A DNA stretch of 64,000 bases, from the IMG/VR virus record IMGVR_UViG_3300009159_008968, positions 1-64,000 of that record, one strand, 5' to 3'. Made by a program: the position numbers and the translations under genes. The DNA comes from a virus. The notes under the pieces were generated by a model. The model did not search any database and was not told where the DNA came from. It worked only from the letters and a program-made list of their open reading frames with translations. Every line of letters starts with the position of its first letter. Positions within the stretch are counted from its first letter, which is position 1. Of the stretch, positions 19,533 to 28,071 are shown piece by piece.

Positions 19533-20395
19533 GGCTGAGATTATACCATTTTGAGGTAGCCTTTGAGATCATTATCCTTTTCGAGGTTCTCTCTTTTATC
19601 CACGGACCTTTCAGTCAACGTATCCACCAGTCTCAGTCTTTAGACTCCTCTCGGAATCTTGACCAACATTCTCGTCAGAGCTGTTCTGCAACCTAGTAAC
19701 ACCAGATAGGATGGCCGTCCCACCACGATGCTTTGAGTCACAAAGTGAAACAGATCTTGCGAACCTGCCTCACACTCAGTTGTCATTGCTGACCTGAGCT
19801 TTAGAGACCTTTTGCTCTTGACGCTAGGAGTCTTGGGCTGTATCTTTAAATTTTTCATTTTTTAAGATGACATAATCCACGAATTTATGAAGGATGTGCT
19901 CCCAGAGTAGCTCTGTTCCTTTTGAGAACAAAATACTACACACCCCTCTGTCAGCTTTGCGGTGCCAACGACCAGATGAAACTAACTCCCACAACTTAAT
20001 TTGTGTTACCAAATTACTTTATAGGTCTTAGCCAACCTTGCTGGTCAAAGCACTTCCCCTTCGCATGAGGTCGCACTTTATAGGTTTCATACATTTCTGC
20101 ATTACGCCTAACTCTGTTATTTCTTTCAATTGGTTGCCCAATTAAATCGTCTAACAGAAAAAACCTTGAGATGTTTCTATTGTACCTCTCGATACTCAAC
20201 TGCACATTCGTTTATGCAATGCTACCTACCGACTTGCCCAGCCATCAATAGCGAACTCTCATTGTTTGGATGTCCTCCCCAACTTCAGGAAGGCGGATCT
20301 TGCGGATGAGTTTTACCCCAAAGGATCATGTGCAAGATTCCTTTTATACTCCGTCACCGGAGCTTATCTTATGGATGCCAAACCACCCAATATTT
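19533..20395 (-). ncRNA. Large structured ncRNA, copy B (~860 nt; GOLLD-like, family unverified; 5' end approximate)
   Basis: Non-coding and GC-richer. GNRA-capped stems CTCCG-GTGA-CGGAG (20349-20362) and GTCA-GCAA-TGAC (19782-19793); 3' long-range helix CTGAGA/TCTCAG; several blocks shared with copy A. Confidence 0.75.
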
Positions 20396-20399
20396 TTAA

Positions 20400-20413
20400 T
20401 CAAAGAACGATTT
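20400..20413 (-). promoter_or_regulatory. boxA-like antitermination element (AAATCGTTCTTTGA)
   Basis: Identical 14-mer at 21351-21364 and a 13-nt match at 21556-21568; resembles rrn boxA (TGCTCTTTAACA / TTCTTTGA). Confidence 0.6.
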
Positions 20414-20414
20414 T

Positions 20415-20486
20415 GTTGACTTTCCGGATTCGAACCGGTTAAACCCACACTCTTCTCGTTGTGGTATTTATTTCGCCATAAGTCAA
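20415..20486 (-). tRNA. Degenerate tRNA-like element (pseudo-tRNA) in the spacer between the two large RNAs
   Basis: Acceptor TTGACTT/AAGTCAA (7 bp); T-arm CCGG-TTCGAAT-CCGG; anticodon-like stem CCACA/TGTGG with a 10-nt loop; D region TGGCGAAATAAATA lacks GG; no CCA. Confidence 0.6.
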
Positions 20487-20499
20487 ATTTAATTTTGAT

Positions 20500-21345
20500 A
20501 GGTTGAGATTACACCATCTCGTGAGGAGACTTTAAGAAGCAGTACGGAATTTCACCTTAACCTCTATATCCACGATTGCTCGTATCCCTCAGTCTCAGTT
20601 AATTTCATCTTACAAGTTTAACCCTATAAAACTTAGTTAACCAATCTTTATCGTCAGAGTTGTTCTGCCTTATCAACCACAATCAAACTCGGAGGAGTTA
20701 AAACATGGAAATTCTTAGTTTTAAGACAAGACAAAGAATGCACCTTTGCACATTCTCCCAGATTAGCATAGTTAGTTACCTAACTTGCTACCGAGAATTA
20801 GAGACCTTTTACTCTTAACGCCATTCAGCATTTATATCGCTTACCATTTTCAGGCTATTCGGCTTATTTATTTGCAAAGCGACAAATACGAATTTATATC
20901 AGATACACTGATGGTAGTGGCTCATTTAAGAATACCACACATCTGATTTGTCAGAATCGATCAAAATCCTGACTGCTATATAAGACACGAATAAGAGTAA
21001 TCCTAAACGACCTTACACAACTGGAATAAAACAAAGTAGTGATTAGCAACTTTATTTTAACTCAAGATATTTCAATCCTGAGCAATCGTAATAGTAATAA
21101 AACGATTTTCCTAGAAGTTCAACTATTGCCATTTCTGACTCAATCCCCTGTTCGCCCAGTTCGGATGTAATAACACAATCAATTAAGATTATGCAGTACG
21201 TTGCTTCCTTGCTTAGATGTCTTGTTTTCACAAGCGAGTACCGTTGTTCATTTTCCGGTATCCCATTTATTCCCCATTGCTGGGGGTTTATCTATCACAG
21301 ATCATGTTACCATGTCTGAAGAGTCTAAGCACTCTTTAATTTCTT
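20500..21345 (-). ncRNA. Large structured ncRNA, copy A (~845 nt; GOLLD-like, family unverified; 5' end approximate)
   Basis: GNRA-capped stems CATG-GTAA-CATG (21303-21314), CCCCA-GCAA-TGGGG (21272-21285), CTTGT-GAAA-ACAAG (21221-21234), AGTTAG-GTAA-CTAACT (20770-20785) and ACGA-GCAA-TCGT (20572-20583); 3' part homologous to copy B. Confidence 0.75.
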
Positions 21346-21350
21346 ATAAT

Positions 21351-21364
21351 TCAAAGAACGATTT
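21351..21364 (-). promoter_or_regulatory. boxA-like element upstream of RNA A
   Basis: AAATCGTTCTTTGA, 18 nt downstream of promoter P3. Confidence 0.6.
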
Positions 21365-21381
21365 CCTTTTAATTGGGACTG

Positions 21382-21411
21382 CAAATATAAATGATTTTTT
21401 TTAATTTGCAA
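21382..21411 (-). promoter_or_regulatory. Bacteroidota sigma-A promoter P3
   Basis: TTG (21411-21409), N19, TATATTTG (21389-21382). Confidence 0.75.
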
Positions 21412-21469
21412 CAATTGTTAATAACTTTATAATTTTTATTTTCAATTGTTTTTTCCCGTTTTGGAGTTG

Positions 21470-21499
21470 CAAATATAGAAAGGTTTTTTCTAATTCCAA
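21470..21499 (-). promoter_or_regulatory. Bacteroidota sigma-A promoter P2
   Basis: TTG (21499-21497), N19, TATATTTG (21477-21470). Confidence 0.75.
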
Positions 21500-21555
21500 G
21501 AATTGTTAATAACTTTTGTTTTTTGTTAATTACAGTCCTAAACTCCAATGCCGAT

Positions 21556-21616
21556 TCAAAGAACGATTATCAAATCAACACTGCAAATATAAAAACAATT
21601 ATTCTTATATTCCAAA
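21556..21616 (-). promoter_or_regulatory. Promoter P1 plus boxA-like element
   Basis: TTTG (21616-21613), N21, TATATTTG (21591-21584), then AATCGTTCTTTGA (21568-21556). Confidence 0.65.
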
Positions 21617-21655
21617 TGTTTTTTTTAAAAAAATTATAAAATACAGATAATCAAT

Positions 21656-22717
21656 CTAAAAAGTTTGATTCCATTTTTCTAGATCTAATTTATATTCTTC
21701 TATAAAGCAAACCCAGTTTTTTTCACTTTTAAAACTGTAATACCAAAGCTTTATTTTGCTAAGATATTGAAGATTAAACTTTTTGAAAAATAGACCTAAA
21801 GATAACTTATTAATAATTGATTTAGATTCTGTTGGTTCTGCTTTATAAAGATTTGAAACCCATGTTATTTCATCAGACACTATTACTGGTACATTATTAT
21901 TTACAAAATCAGCCGCTACTATATTAAAGGTTTCTGTGAATGAAACTTGTAATCCAATATCCATCTTTCTTACTAAGTTAATAAAGTCTTCGTGAGTTAA
22001 CCAGCTATGTTCTACGAGTTTATGTTTAGGGTTATTAATAAATAGATTTCTTAAATTTTTAAGAACAGGATCTCCGTTGTTTTCTACTCTTGCTACATTT
22101 ACATGAAAATGTAATTCCTTGTTAATAGAATTAGCAAACTCTATTGCAGCAACAGCCTGATATAATTGATTCTTTAAAGGTCTGATTGCACCAAAACATC
22201 CAACACTCAAAATGTTTTTATTTTTATTGTGGTATTCATTTTTTTTATCAAATAAATTTACCGGATAATAATTTGGAAGATATATTGTTTTTTTAGGAAG
22301 AATATTATTAAAGTCTTTGTATGTAGTTTTTGAATTTACAGAAACAAAAACATTTTTAAACTTTTGGTACTCATAAACCCACTCCATTGCTATACCTTCA
22401 TTTGCTATAAAAGGTATTTCACTATGAAGTCGTATAATCCATTTTACATTAGGATGTAATTTTGTTAAAACTTCAAATTTAGATGGAACAACCCATAAAG
22501 CTTCAATTATAACAATATCTGCCTTGTATTTTTTAACTTCTCTATCAATTTCATTATTATCTTTTACTTCTATCAGATGAGAGTTGTAACCATTTTTCTG
22601 TAACATTTTGTTAACAAAAGTTGCAGAATTTAAAAGTCCAGAAGATATAGTTTCAATATCCTTGTGTGAGGTCATTCGTTTTTTTAAGATAAACAGAATG
22701 TTAGGAGAAGAGTGCAT
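21656..22717 (-). CDS. Glycosyltransferase (GT-B/GT4-like)
   Basis: YLPNYY, VGCFGAIRPLKNQ, MDIGLQVSFTETFNIVAAD..PVIVS. Confidence 0.75.
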   Translation of the reverse strand: MHSSPNILFILKKRMTSHKDIETISSGLLNSATFVNKMLQKNGYNSHLIEVKDNNEIDREVKKYKADIVIIEALWVVPSKFEVLTKLHPNVKWIIRLHSEIPFIANEGIAMEWVYEYQKFKNVFVSVNSKTTYKDFNNILPKKTIYLPNYYPVNLFDKKNEYHNKNKNILSVGCFGAIRPLKNQLYQAVAAIEFANSINKELHFHVNVARVENNGDPVLKNLRNLFINNPKHKLVEHSWLTHEDFINLVRKMDIGLQVSFTETFNIVAADFVNNNVPVIVSDEITWVSNLYKAEPTESKSIINKLSLGLFFKKFNLQYLSKIKLWYYSFKSEKNWVCFIEEYKLDLEKWNQTF

Positions 22718-22792
22718 GGAAATTGTTTATTTATAAATAGACTTGAAATTGTAATTTCAACACTTTAAAGAAAAGTTTTTTTTAACTTAACA

Positions 22793-24661
22793 TTACTTTT
22801 TCTTCTTATCTAAAATAATTTTTAAAAGATCATCAAAAATTGAAAATTCATTTTTATTTTCAATTACTTCTCCGTCTAATACTTTAGAAATTATTTGTTC
22901 TTTTGCTGTAATCAAATTATCAATATCAACATCAATTGTATTTTGACAAATTAATTTAATAATTTGAATGTTATCAGCTTTTTGTGATGCTCTGTGAATA
23001 CGATCTTCTGCTTGTATTTTACTAGCTGGTTCCCAAGGTAAATCTAGAAACATTAAACAATTTGCTGAAGTCAAAGTCAAACCAACACCTGCTGCACCAA
23101 TTGTTCCTACAAAAACTTTACAATTTTCATCATTCATAAATTTATCTACTGCTTGTTGCTTTTCAATCATATTGTGTTTTCCAGTAAACCATACTGCAAC
23201 ATCTTTAAATTGCTCATAAATAAACTGAGAAGCACTTATAAATTGAGAAAAAACTACTATTTTTTCATCTCCTTCAATTATATTATTTATAAATTCAACT
23301 GAACACTTAGCTTTATGTAATGAAGTAAATTGTTTTAACTTTTGAATTCTTGCAAGATGTGTCATTTTATTGTCATCATCTTTTGATTCGTTTACAAGAC
23401 CATTTTCAATATAATTATATTCTTTTAATACATCAGATTTTAATTCTATTGGTATTGTTGTAAATGTTTTAGGGGGTAAAAATTTTAATATATCTTTTTT
23501 TAATCTCCTCAAAAAGTAAGGAGCAATTCTTTTGTATAATTCTTCTAAATTAGAATACCCATCATAATTCCAATGACCGAATTTATCTTGATGAGCGTTA
23601 CAATATCTAACTCCAAAATTATGTGCATTTGACCATTCCTTAGAATCAATTAAGTTTAATAAGGGAAAAAATTCATAAGGCCGATTTTTTATTGCTGTAC
23701 CGGTCATTAGAATTTTTTTACTTGATTCTTTGAATGCTTTCTTTATTATTTGAGATCTAAATGCTGTAGGATTTTTAATATAATGTGCTTCATCCATAAC
23801 AATTAAATCATAATCGTTTGGATTTAAAACTTCACCATCCTTATCTTGCTTATTAATAAATTGATGTGATTTTGATTTCAAGACTTTGATTCTACCGCAA
23901 TTTGGACATTTATCATATTTTTTAACATCGGTAATACCTTCCCATTTACAATTATAATTTAAACATTTATGAGAGTAGTTGAAATCAAAATATGATTCTA
24001 ATGATTCATAATTTATTATATGAAATAAACTCTCTTCTTTAGTAAATGTTTCAATGTTGTCTTTTTTTCTAGGTTTAAATTTATATATATAACATTTTTC
24101 ATGAGTAAACTTAAGAATTTCTGCTCGCCAGTTTAATTTTAATGATGCAGGGACAATTAGAAGCGTTTTAAAATTGTTTTTTATTGCATAAGCCATTGCG
24201 CTAAAAGATTTACCAACACCCGGCTGATCCCCTAATATTGCGTTCCCACCGCATATTTCAAAGAATTTAACAGCTTGTTTCTGATAAATAAAAGGTTGTA
24301 TTTTAAGAAAATCATAATTGATATCTGTCACATCAATTTCAGTTTCTTTTAATTTAATTGCATCGAATGCTTTCTGGCTATGCTCCAGTAATCGATCCAC
24401 TATTTGGGCTGATTCAGTAGCAGAGATATTATCAAATTCAAATTTTATTCCATTTTCCCTACAAAATTTAATTATTTTAGCTAATCCGGCTTCGTTAGCC
24501 AGTCTATACCAATCTTCTTTAGTTCCATTGTCTGGAAGCAATATACTGTTCATTTTAGTCTGACATTGCTCCTTTGGTATACTTTTTAAAAAATTGAATA
24601 ATAACTCATTATATTTGAATCTTATTTCAAAATTTGATCTTAATTTCTTTATTTCTACCAT
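22793..24661 (-). CDS. SNF2/HARP-like DEAH helicase with Cys4 insertion
   Basis: LGDQPGVGKS, DEAH, MTGTAIKNRP, QAEDRIHRASQ; CxxxxC...CPNC insert. Confidence 0.9.
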   Translation of the reverse strand: MVEIKKLRSNFEIRFKYNELLFNFLKSIPKEQCQTKMNSILLPDNGTKEDWYRLANEAGLAKIIKFCRENGIKFEFDNISATESAQIVDRLLEHSQKAFDAIKLKETEIDVTDINYDFLKIQPFIYQKQAVKFFEICGGNAILGDQPGVGKSFSAMAYAIKNNFKTLLIVPASLKLNWRAEILKFTHEKCYIYKFKPRKKDNIETFTKEESLFHIINYESLESYFDFNYSHKCLNYNCKWEGITDVKKYDKCPNCGRIKVLKSKSHQFINKQDKDGEVLNPNDYDLIVMDEAHYIKNPTAFRSQIIKKAFKESSKKILMTGTAIKNRPYEFFPLLNLIDSKEWSNAHNFGVRYCNAHQDKFGHWNYDGYSNLEELYKRIAPYFLRRLKKDILKFLPPKTFTTIPIELKSDVLKEYNYIENGLVNESKDDDNKMTHLARIQKLKQFTSLHKAKCSVEFINNIIEGDEKIVVFSQFISASQFIYEQFKDVAVWFTGKHNMIEKQQAVDKFMNDENCKVFVGTIGAAGVGLTLTSANCLMFLDLPWEPASKIQAEDRIHRASQKADNIQIIKLICQNTIDVDIDNLITAKEQIISKVLDGEVIENKNEFSIFDDLLKIILDKKKK

Positions 24662-24739
24662 TTTGATCTAAAAATTAATACTTTAATTTTCAAAGATAAA
24701 AAAAATAACCTATTTATAATTATAAAATTATAAAAAAAA

Positions 24740-25117
24740 ATGAACAAGGTTATACTAGAAAATATAAGCCAAATTATTAAAGAAAAGTTGGCAGTTTTAA
24801 AGGAAGAGGAAATTCCTATGGATTCAGAGGCAACCGCACAAGATAAAAAAACGGAAAGTATTTATGATGCCAAACCCGGAAATACCCTTATTATAGATTT
24901 TGAAAATGTTACCATCAAACTTCAAAGAGTTTATGATGATTTATTTAAAGTAATTGATGCTGCTGAAAGCAAACAATTAAAAAATAATGATTATATTAAG
25001 GTAGAGGGTAATGATTTGTTAGAACAAGGTAAAAAGTTTACTTTCAAAATTTTCAGAGAAGCAAACATTAGATATGAATCAAATCCCATTAAAGATTGGA
25101 GAATAATAAAAAGTTAA
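24740..25117 (+). CDS. Putative internal head protein
   Basis: LENISQIIKEKLAVLKEEE N-terminus; CTATTTAT at 24710. Confidence 0.5.
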   Translation: MNKVILENISQIIKEKLAVLKEEEIPMDSEATAQDKKTESIYDAKPGNTLIIDFENVTIKLQRVYDDLFKVIDAAESKQLKNNDYIKVEGNDLLEQGKKFTFKIFREANIRYESNPIKDWRIIKS

Positions 25118-25136
25118 TAAAAATTACAATTAAAAT

Positions 25137-25163
25137 AAAAACCCCGAAATTCGGGGTTTTTTT
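25137..25163. terminator. Bidirectional terminator
   Basis: AAAAACCCCGAA-AT-TCGGGGTTTTTTT between convergent genes. Confidence 0.85.
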
Positions 25164-25164
25164 A

Positions 25165-25599
25165 TTACTTTAATCCAGCTAATCTGGTCATTCGGTCTTT
25201 ACTAAATCTTATTATATTTTCTTTAGACCTACTTTCTTTTAATTGTGCCGGTCTAGATTCTAATTTAGATACGGATTGAGACCATTCTTTGGACCAAGAT
25301 TCATATAAATCAAATATTTTTTTAATTAAATCTCTTGTATCTTCATCTAATTTGAATTTAGAATCAATAAAAGCATCATTCAAAATTGTAAATTTCCATT
25401 TGATATAATCATCACTACCCAAGATAATTTGTCCACTCCACTCAACCTCAATACCGCTTGATCCATTGTAAATTTTAAAGGAAGTACCATTATCTCCGTG
25501 AGTATCAAATTTCACTAAGGGTGAAACATTTTCTTTAAATCTCTTTTCCCAATCTGCAATTTCACTTACTTGGATTTGGGGTCTAACTTCTTCTGCCAC
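25165..25599 (-). CDS. Hypothetical protein with C-terminal RMTRLAGLK motif
   Basis: ORF; RxxxLAG motif. Confidence 0.55.
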   Translation of the reverse strand: MAEEVRPQIQVSEIADWEKRFKENVSPLVKFDTHGDNGTSFKIYNGSSGIEVEWSGQIILGSDDYIKWKFTILNDAFIDSKFKLDEDTRDLIKKIFDLYESWSKEWSQSVSKLESRPAQLKESRSKENIIRFSKDRMTRLAGLK

Positions 25600-25602
25600 T
25601 TT

Positions 25603-25818
25603 TTATAGTTTTTTAGGTTTATTTTTTTCTTCTTTTTCTAATTGCTTTATATCATCTTGGATAAATAATACTTCGTCAATTTCATTTTCGCTTTGTAACG
25701 CAGTTTTATAAGGTTGTTTTTTAACCTGTGGTTTTTCAACAATGGGTTCTTTCATAGGATCTTTCATAACCTTTGAAACTTCGCCATTTATTATATTCAT
25801 TAATTCTTCAAACTTCAT
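25603..25818 (-). CDS. Hypothetical protein
   Basis: ORF in operon. Confidence 0.45.
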   Translation of the reverse strand: MKFEELMNIINGEVSKVMKDPMKEPIVEKPQVKKQPYKTALQSENEIDEVLFIQDDIKQLEKEEKNKPKKL

Positions 25819-25822
25819 AATG

Positions 25823-26029
25823 TTACAAATTATCGATAAAGAAAGGGGCTTTTTGCCATAAATTATAATAATGTTTTCTCATCAAAACCTTAATAATTTT
25901 TCTAATTTCTTCTTCTTTATCTTTAGTGAATTTTTTTTCCATTTCATCAGCAATAAGGTCTTTGACGTACTTTTTAAGTTCGTCTTTTGTCATATTACCA
26001 ATAGCCTCTGATAAAATTTTTTTCATCAT
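25823..26029 (-). CDS. Hypothetical protein
   Basis: ORF in operon. Confidence 0.5.
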   Translation of the reverse strand: MMKKILSEAIGNMTKDELKKYVKDLIADEMEKKFTKDKEEEIRKIIKVLMRKHYYNLWQKAPFFIDNL

Positions 26030-26087
26030 ATATAAATATGAAATAAAATATTTAATTTTGTAATTCGTTTAAATTTTTAAAAAGATA

Positions 26088-26438
26088 ATGGGTATAGTAA
26101 AGTTTTTTAGCTCTTCAAATTTTGATAATAAAACATCTGAAATCAACATACACAAACAAATGTTATCAAATCCTGATCCTAAATTATATAGAATATTAAG
26201 GGAAAAAAGAATAAATAATTTTTTAATCCTTAAGATCAATTACCCACATTCAACTAATTATGAGGGTAATAAGATTCTAGTATTTAAAAATTACACAATT
26301 TTAGACTTAATTCAACAAAAAGAGGGAATTGATCCCCATTTTTCCGATAATGAAAAATTAATTTCTCCTGTTGCAAGATTTAAACCAGATAATGAAGGGT
26401 GGAAGATGGCTGAATTTTTTGTGGAAAACTTTAAATAA
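26088..26438 (+). CDS. Conserved phage hypothetical protein
   Basis: LKINYPHSTNYEGNKILVF..IDPHF..SPVARFKPDNEGWKMA resembles a conserved phage family. Confidence 0.55.
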   Translation: MGIVKFFSSSNFDNKTSEINIHKQMLSNPDPKLYRILREKRINNFLILKINYPHSTNYEGNKILVFKNYTILDLIQQKEGIDPHFSDNEKLISPVARFKPDNEGWKMAEFFVENFK

Positions 26439-26835
26439 TTCCGGCTACTGATTTCATTCTTTTTATTTCCCCTTCCAAGGTAAACTTATTCTCAAGAATT
26501 GATTTTTTATAGTAATCAAAAAAACCATTTAAATCCTTTTTAACTTTTTCTTGGTGTTCTGAAATCATAATTTTTTTAAAATCATGATCTTTGGTTAAAT
26601 TAGAAAAATCATTTAAAAATTTTTCTGTTTGAAAATCTTTTAATCTTATCTTTCCAATTTCTTTATCATCTTTAATGACTTCAAAAATTAAATCTTCTAT
26701 AGATTTACTTGCAGACTCGGAAACAAGATAGTAATTATTAGTTTCAAAATAATCTTTAAATTTGAAACCTATTTCAATATGGGGTTTTTCATTGTCAATC
26801 TCATAATAAACCTTATACTTTACTTCTTGTTGCAT
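26431..26835 (-). CDS. Hypothetical protein with C-terminal RMKSVAGII motif
   Basis: ORF; RxxxVAG motif. Confidence 0.55.
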   Translation of the reverse strand: MQQEVKYKVYYEIDNEKPHIEIGFKFKDYFETNNYYLVSESASKSIEDLIFEVIKDDKEIGKIRLKDFQTEKFLNDFSNLTKDHDFKKIMISEHQEKVKKDLNGFFDYYKKSILENKFTLEGEIKRMKSVAGII

Positions 26836-26837
26836 TT

Positions 26838-27605
26838 TTATTTTGTTTTTTGTTTAATAGTAACTGGAGTTAATTTATAATACTTATCTCCAATTTTTAT
26901 TACATCCTCTTTTACTCTTTGGAAAGTGTTTTCGTTAAGTTTAGTTTGTTTAGATAAATATTGATCTAAAACTTCTTTTATAGTTTCTTCAGCTATTTTT
27001 TTAGCAACTTGAGAAGAAATCTCATATATTTTACTTTCTATTTCATCAGAACTGATTTGAGGTGTTTCATATTGTGTTTTAAAACCAAAACCACTTGAGT
27101 TTGAAGATGGTTGTGTTGAAACCCCATTAGACATTGCCTTAGCTTGTAATTTTTGTCTAAAATTACTTAAAAAATCAGATCCTGTTGAATCTGTATTAAA
27201 CTCTTCATTAATTCTTTGACCCGAACCCCCTCTTGGAGCAGGTGCTGATGTACTCTCTCCAGAAAAAAGTTTTTCATAAATATCTAAATCCCCACCTGAT
27301 GATTTTACAGGAGAAAAACTCTCTAAAGCTGGAGCTTTAGTTTCTGACGATGGTTGTGTATTATTATTTTTCTTTTTAGGTTCTGGTAATGGTTGAAAGC
27401 CTTTTTTGTCTCCAGCATGCAACATTTCATTAAATTCTGTTTTTTTTGCTCCGTTTTTAATTTCTTGAATTCGTTGTAACATTTTAGGATCCTTAACATT
27501 TATCACTGGTTGATCAAATGCAGGCTTTTCTATAGGTAATGGAATTCCTAAAGATTTAAATCTTTCTTGTTTTTGTTTTATTGATTCGTTTGATTCCATA
27601 ATCAT
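26838..27605 (-). CDS. Hypothetical low-complexity protein
   Basis: ORF; CTATTTAT upstream (27612-27619). Confidence 0.55.
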   Translation of the reverse strand: MIMESNESIKQKQERFKSLGIPLPIEKPAFDQPVINVKDPKMLQRIQEIKNGAKKTEFNEMLHAGDKKGFQPLPEPKKKNNNTQPSSETKAPALESFSPVKSSGGDLDIYEKLFSGESTSAPAPRGGSGQRINEEFNTDSTGSDFLSNFRQKLQAKAMSNGVSTQPSSNSSGFGFKTQYETPQISSDEIESKIYEISSQVAKKIAEETIKEVLDQYLSKQTKLNENTFQRVKEDVIKIGDKYYKLTPVTIKQKTK

Positions 27606-27627
27606 TTATATATAAATAGGTGTTAAA

Positions 27628-28065
27628 TTAAAATTCGTCAAAACTTTCTAATTCCTCTTCATCTTCTTCTTCTTCTTCATCATCATCTAAATCGCTACTT
27701 TTTATTTTTTTGAATTTTGAGTTTTGTTCGTTTATTTTATTGTCTTTTATGATCGTAACATTTGATATTATCCAACCAAAACCTATACTAATTTGATCAT
27801 TTTCTAGTAAAAATCTAAATTTTTCTATCTCTGATTTAAGCATTTCAGCTTTAATAGTAAGTATTTTACCAAATCTTCCAAACTTTCTAAATTTTATATC
27901 TCTGCAGATGTTTTCAAACATTATTTCTTTAAAATCAATGTAAGATTTTTGTTCCATTTGCTTATAGCTTACGAAATCACCGTATTGGTACTCAAACTCA
28001 TTTAATGATTCATGAAATTGAATATCAATAAGAATAACTTTAATGTTTGATCTCTCTTTTTTCAT
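27628..28065 (-). CDS. Hypothetical protein with acidic tail
   Basis: Ends DLDDDEEEEEDEEELESFDEF. Confidence 0.5.
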   Translation of the reverse strand: MKKERSNIKVILIDIQFHESLNEFEYQYGDFVSYKQMEQKSYIDFKEIMFENICRDIKFRKFGRFGKILTIKAEMLKSEIEKFRFLLENDQISIGFGWIISNVTIIKDNKINEQNSKFKKIKSSDLDDDEEEEEDEEELESFDEF

Positions 28066-28071
28066 TTAGGG

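Noticed and set aside
20415-20486. Functional decoding tRNA
   Set aside because: The 10-nt anticodon loop, missing D-loop GG, T-stem mismatch and absent CCA prevent any anticodon assignment.
19533-21345. rRNA fragments, or a group I/II intron
   Set aside because: I found no recognisable 16S/23S universal motifs, no group I P7 core, no group II domain V and no interrupted host gene.
19533-21345. CRISPR array
   Set aside because: The shared blocks occur only twice and are about 1 kb apart; there is no regular repeat-spacer periodicity and no cas operon (only a lone PD-(D/E)XK nuclease 7 kb away).
19640-21404. Short ORFs at 19640-19858, 19824-20012, 20014-20205 (-) and 21201-21404 (+)
   Set aside because: Atypical composition and no recognisable motifs. 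They overlap GNRA-capped stems and conserved RNA blocks, so they are best explained as chance ORFs in a GC-richer ncRNA.
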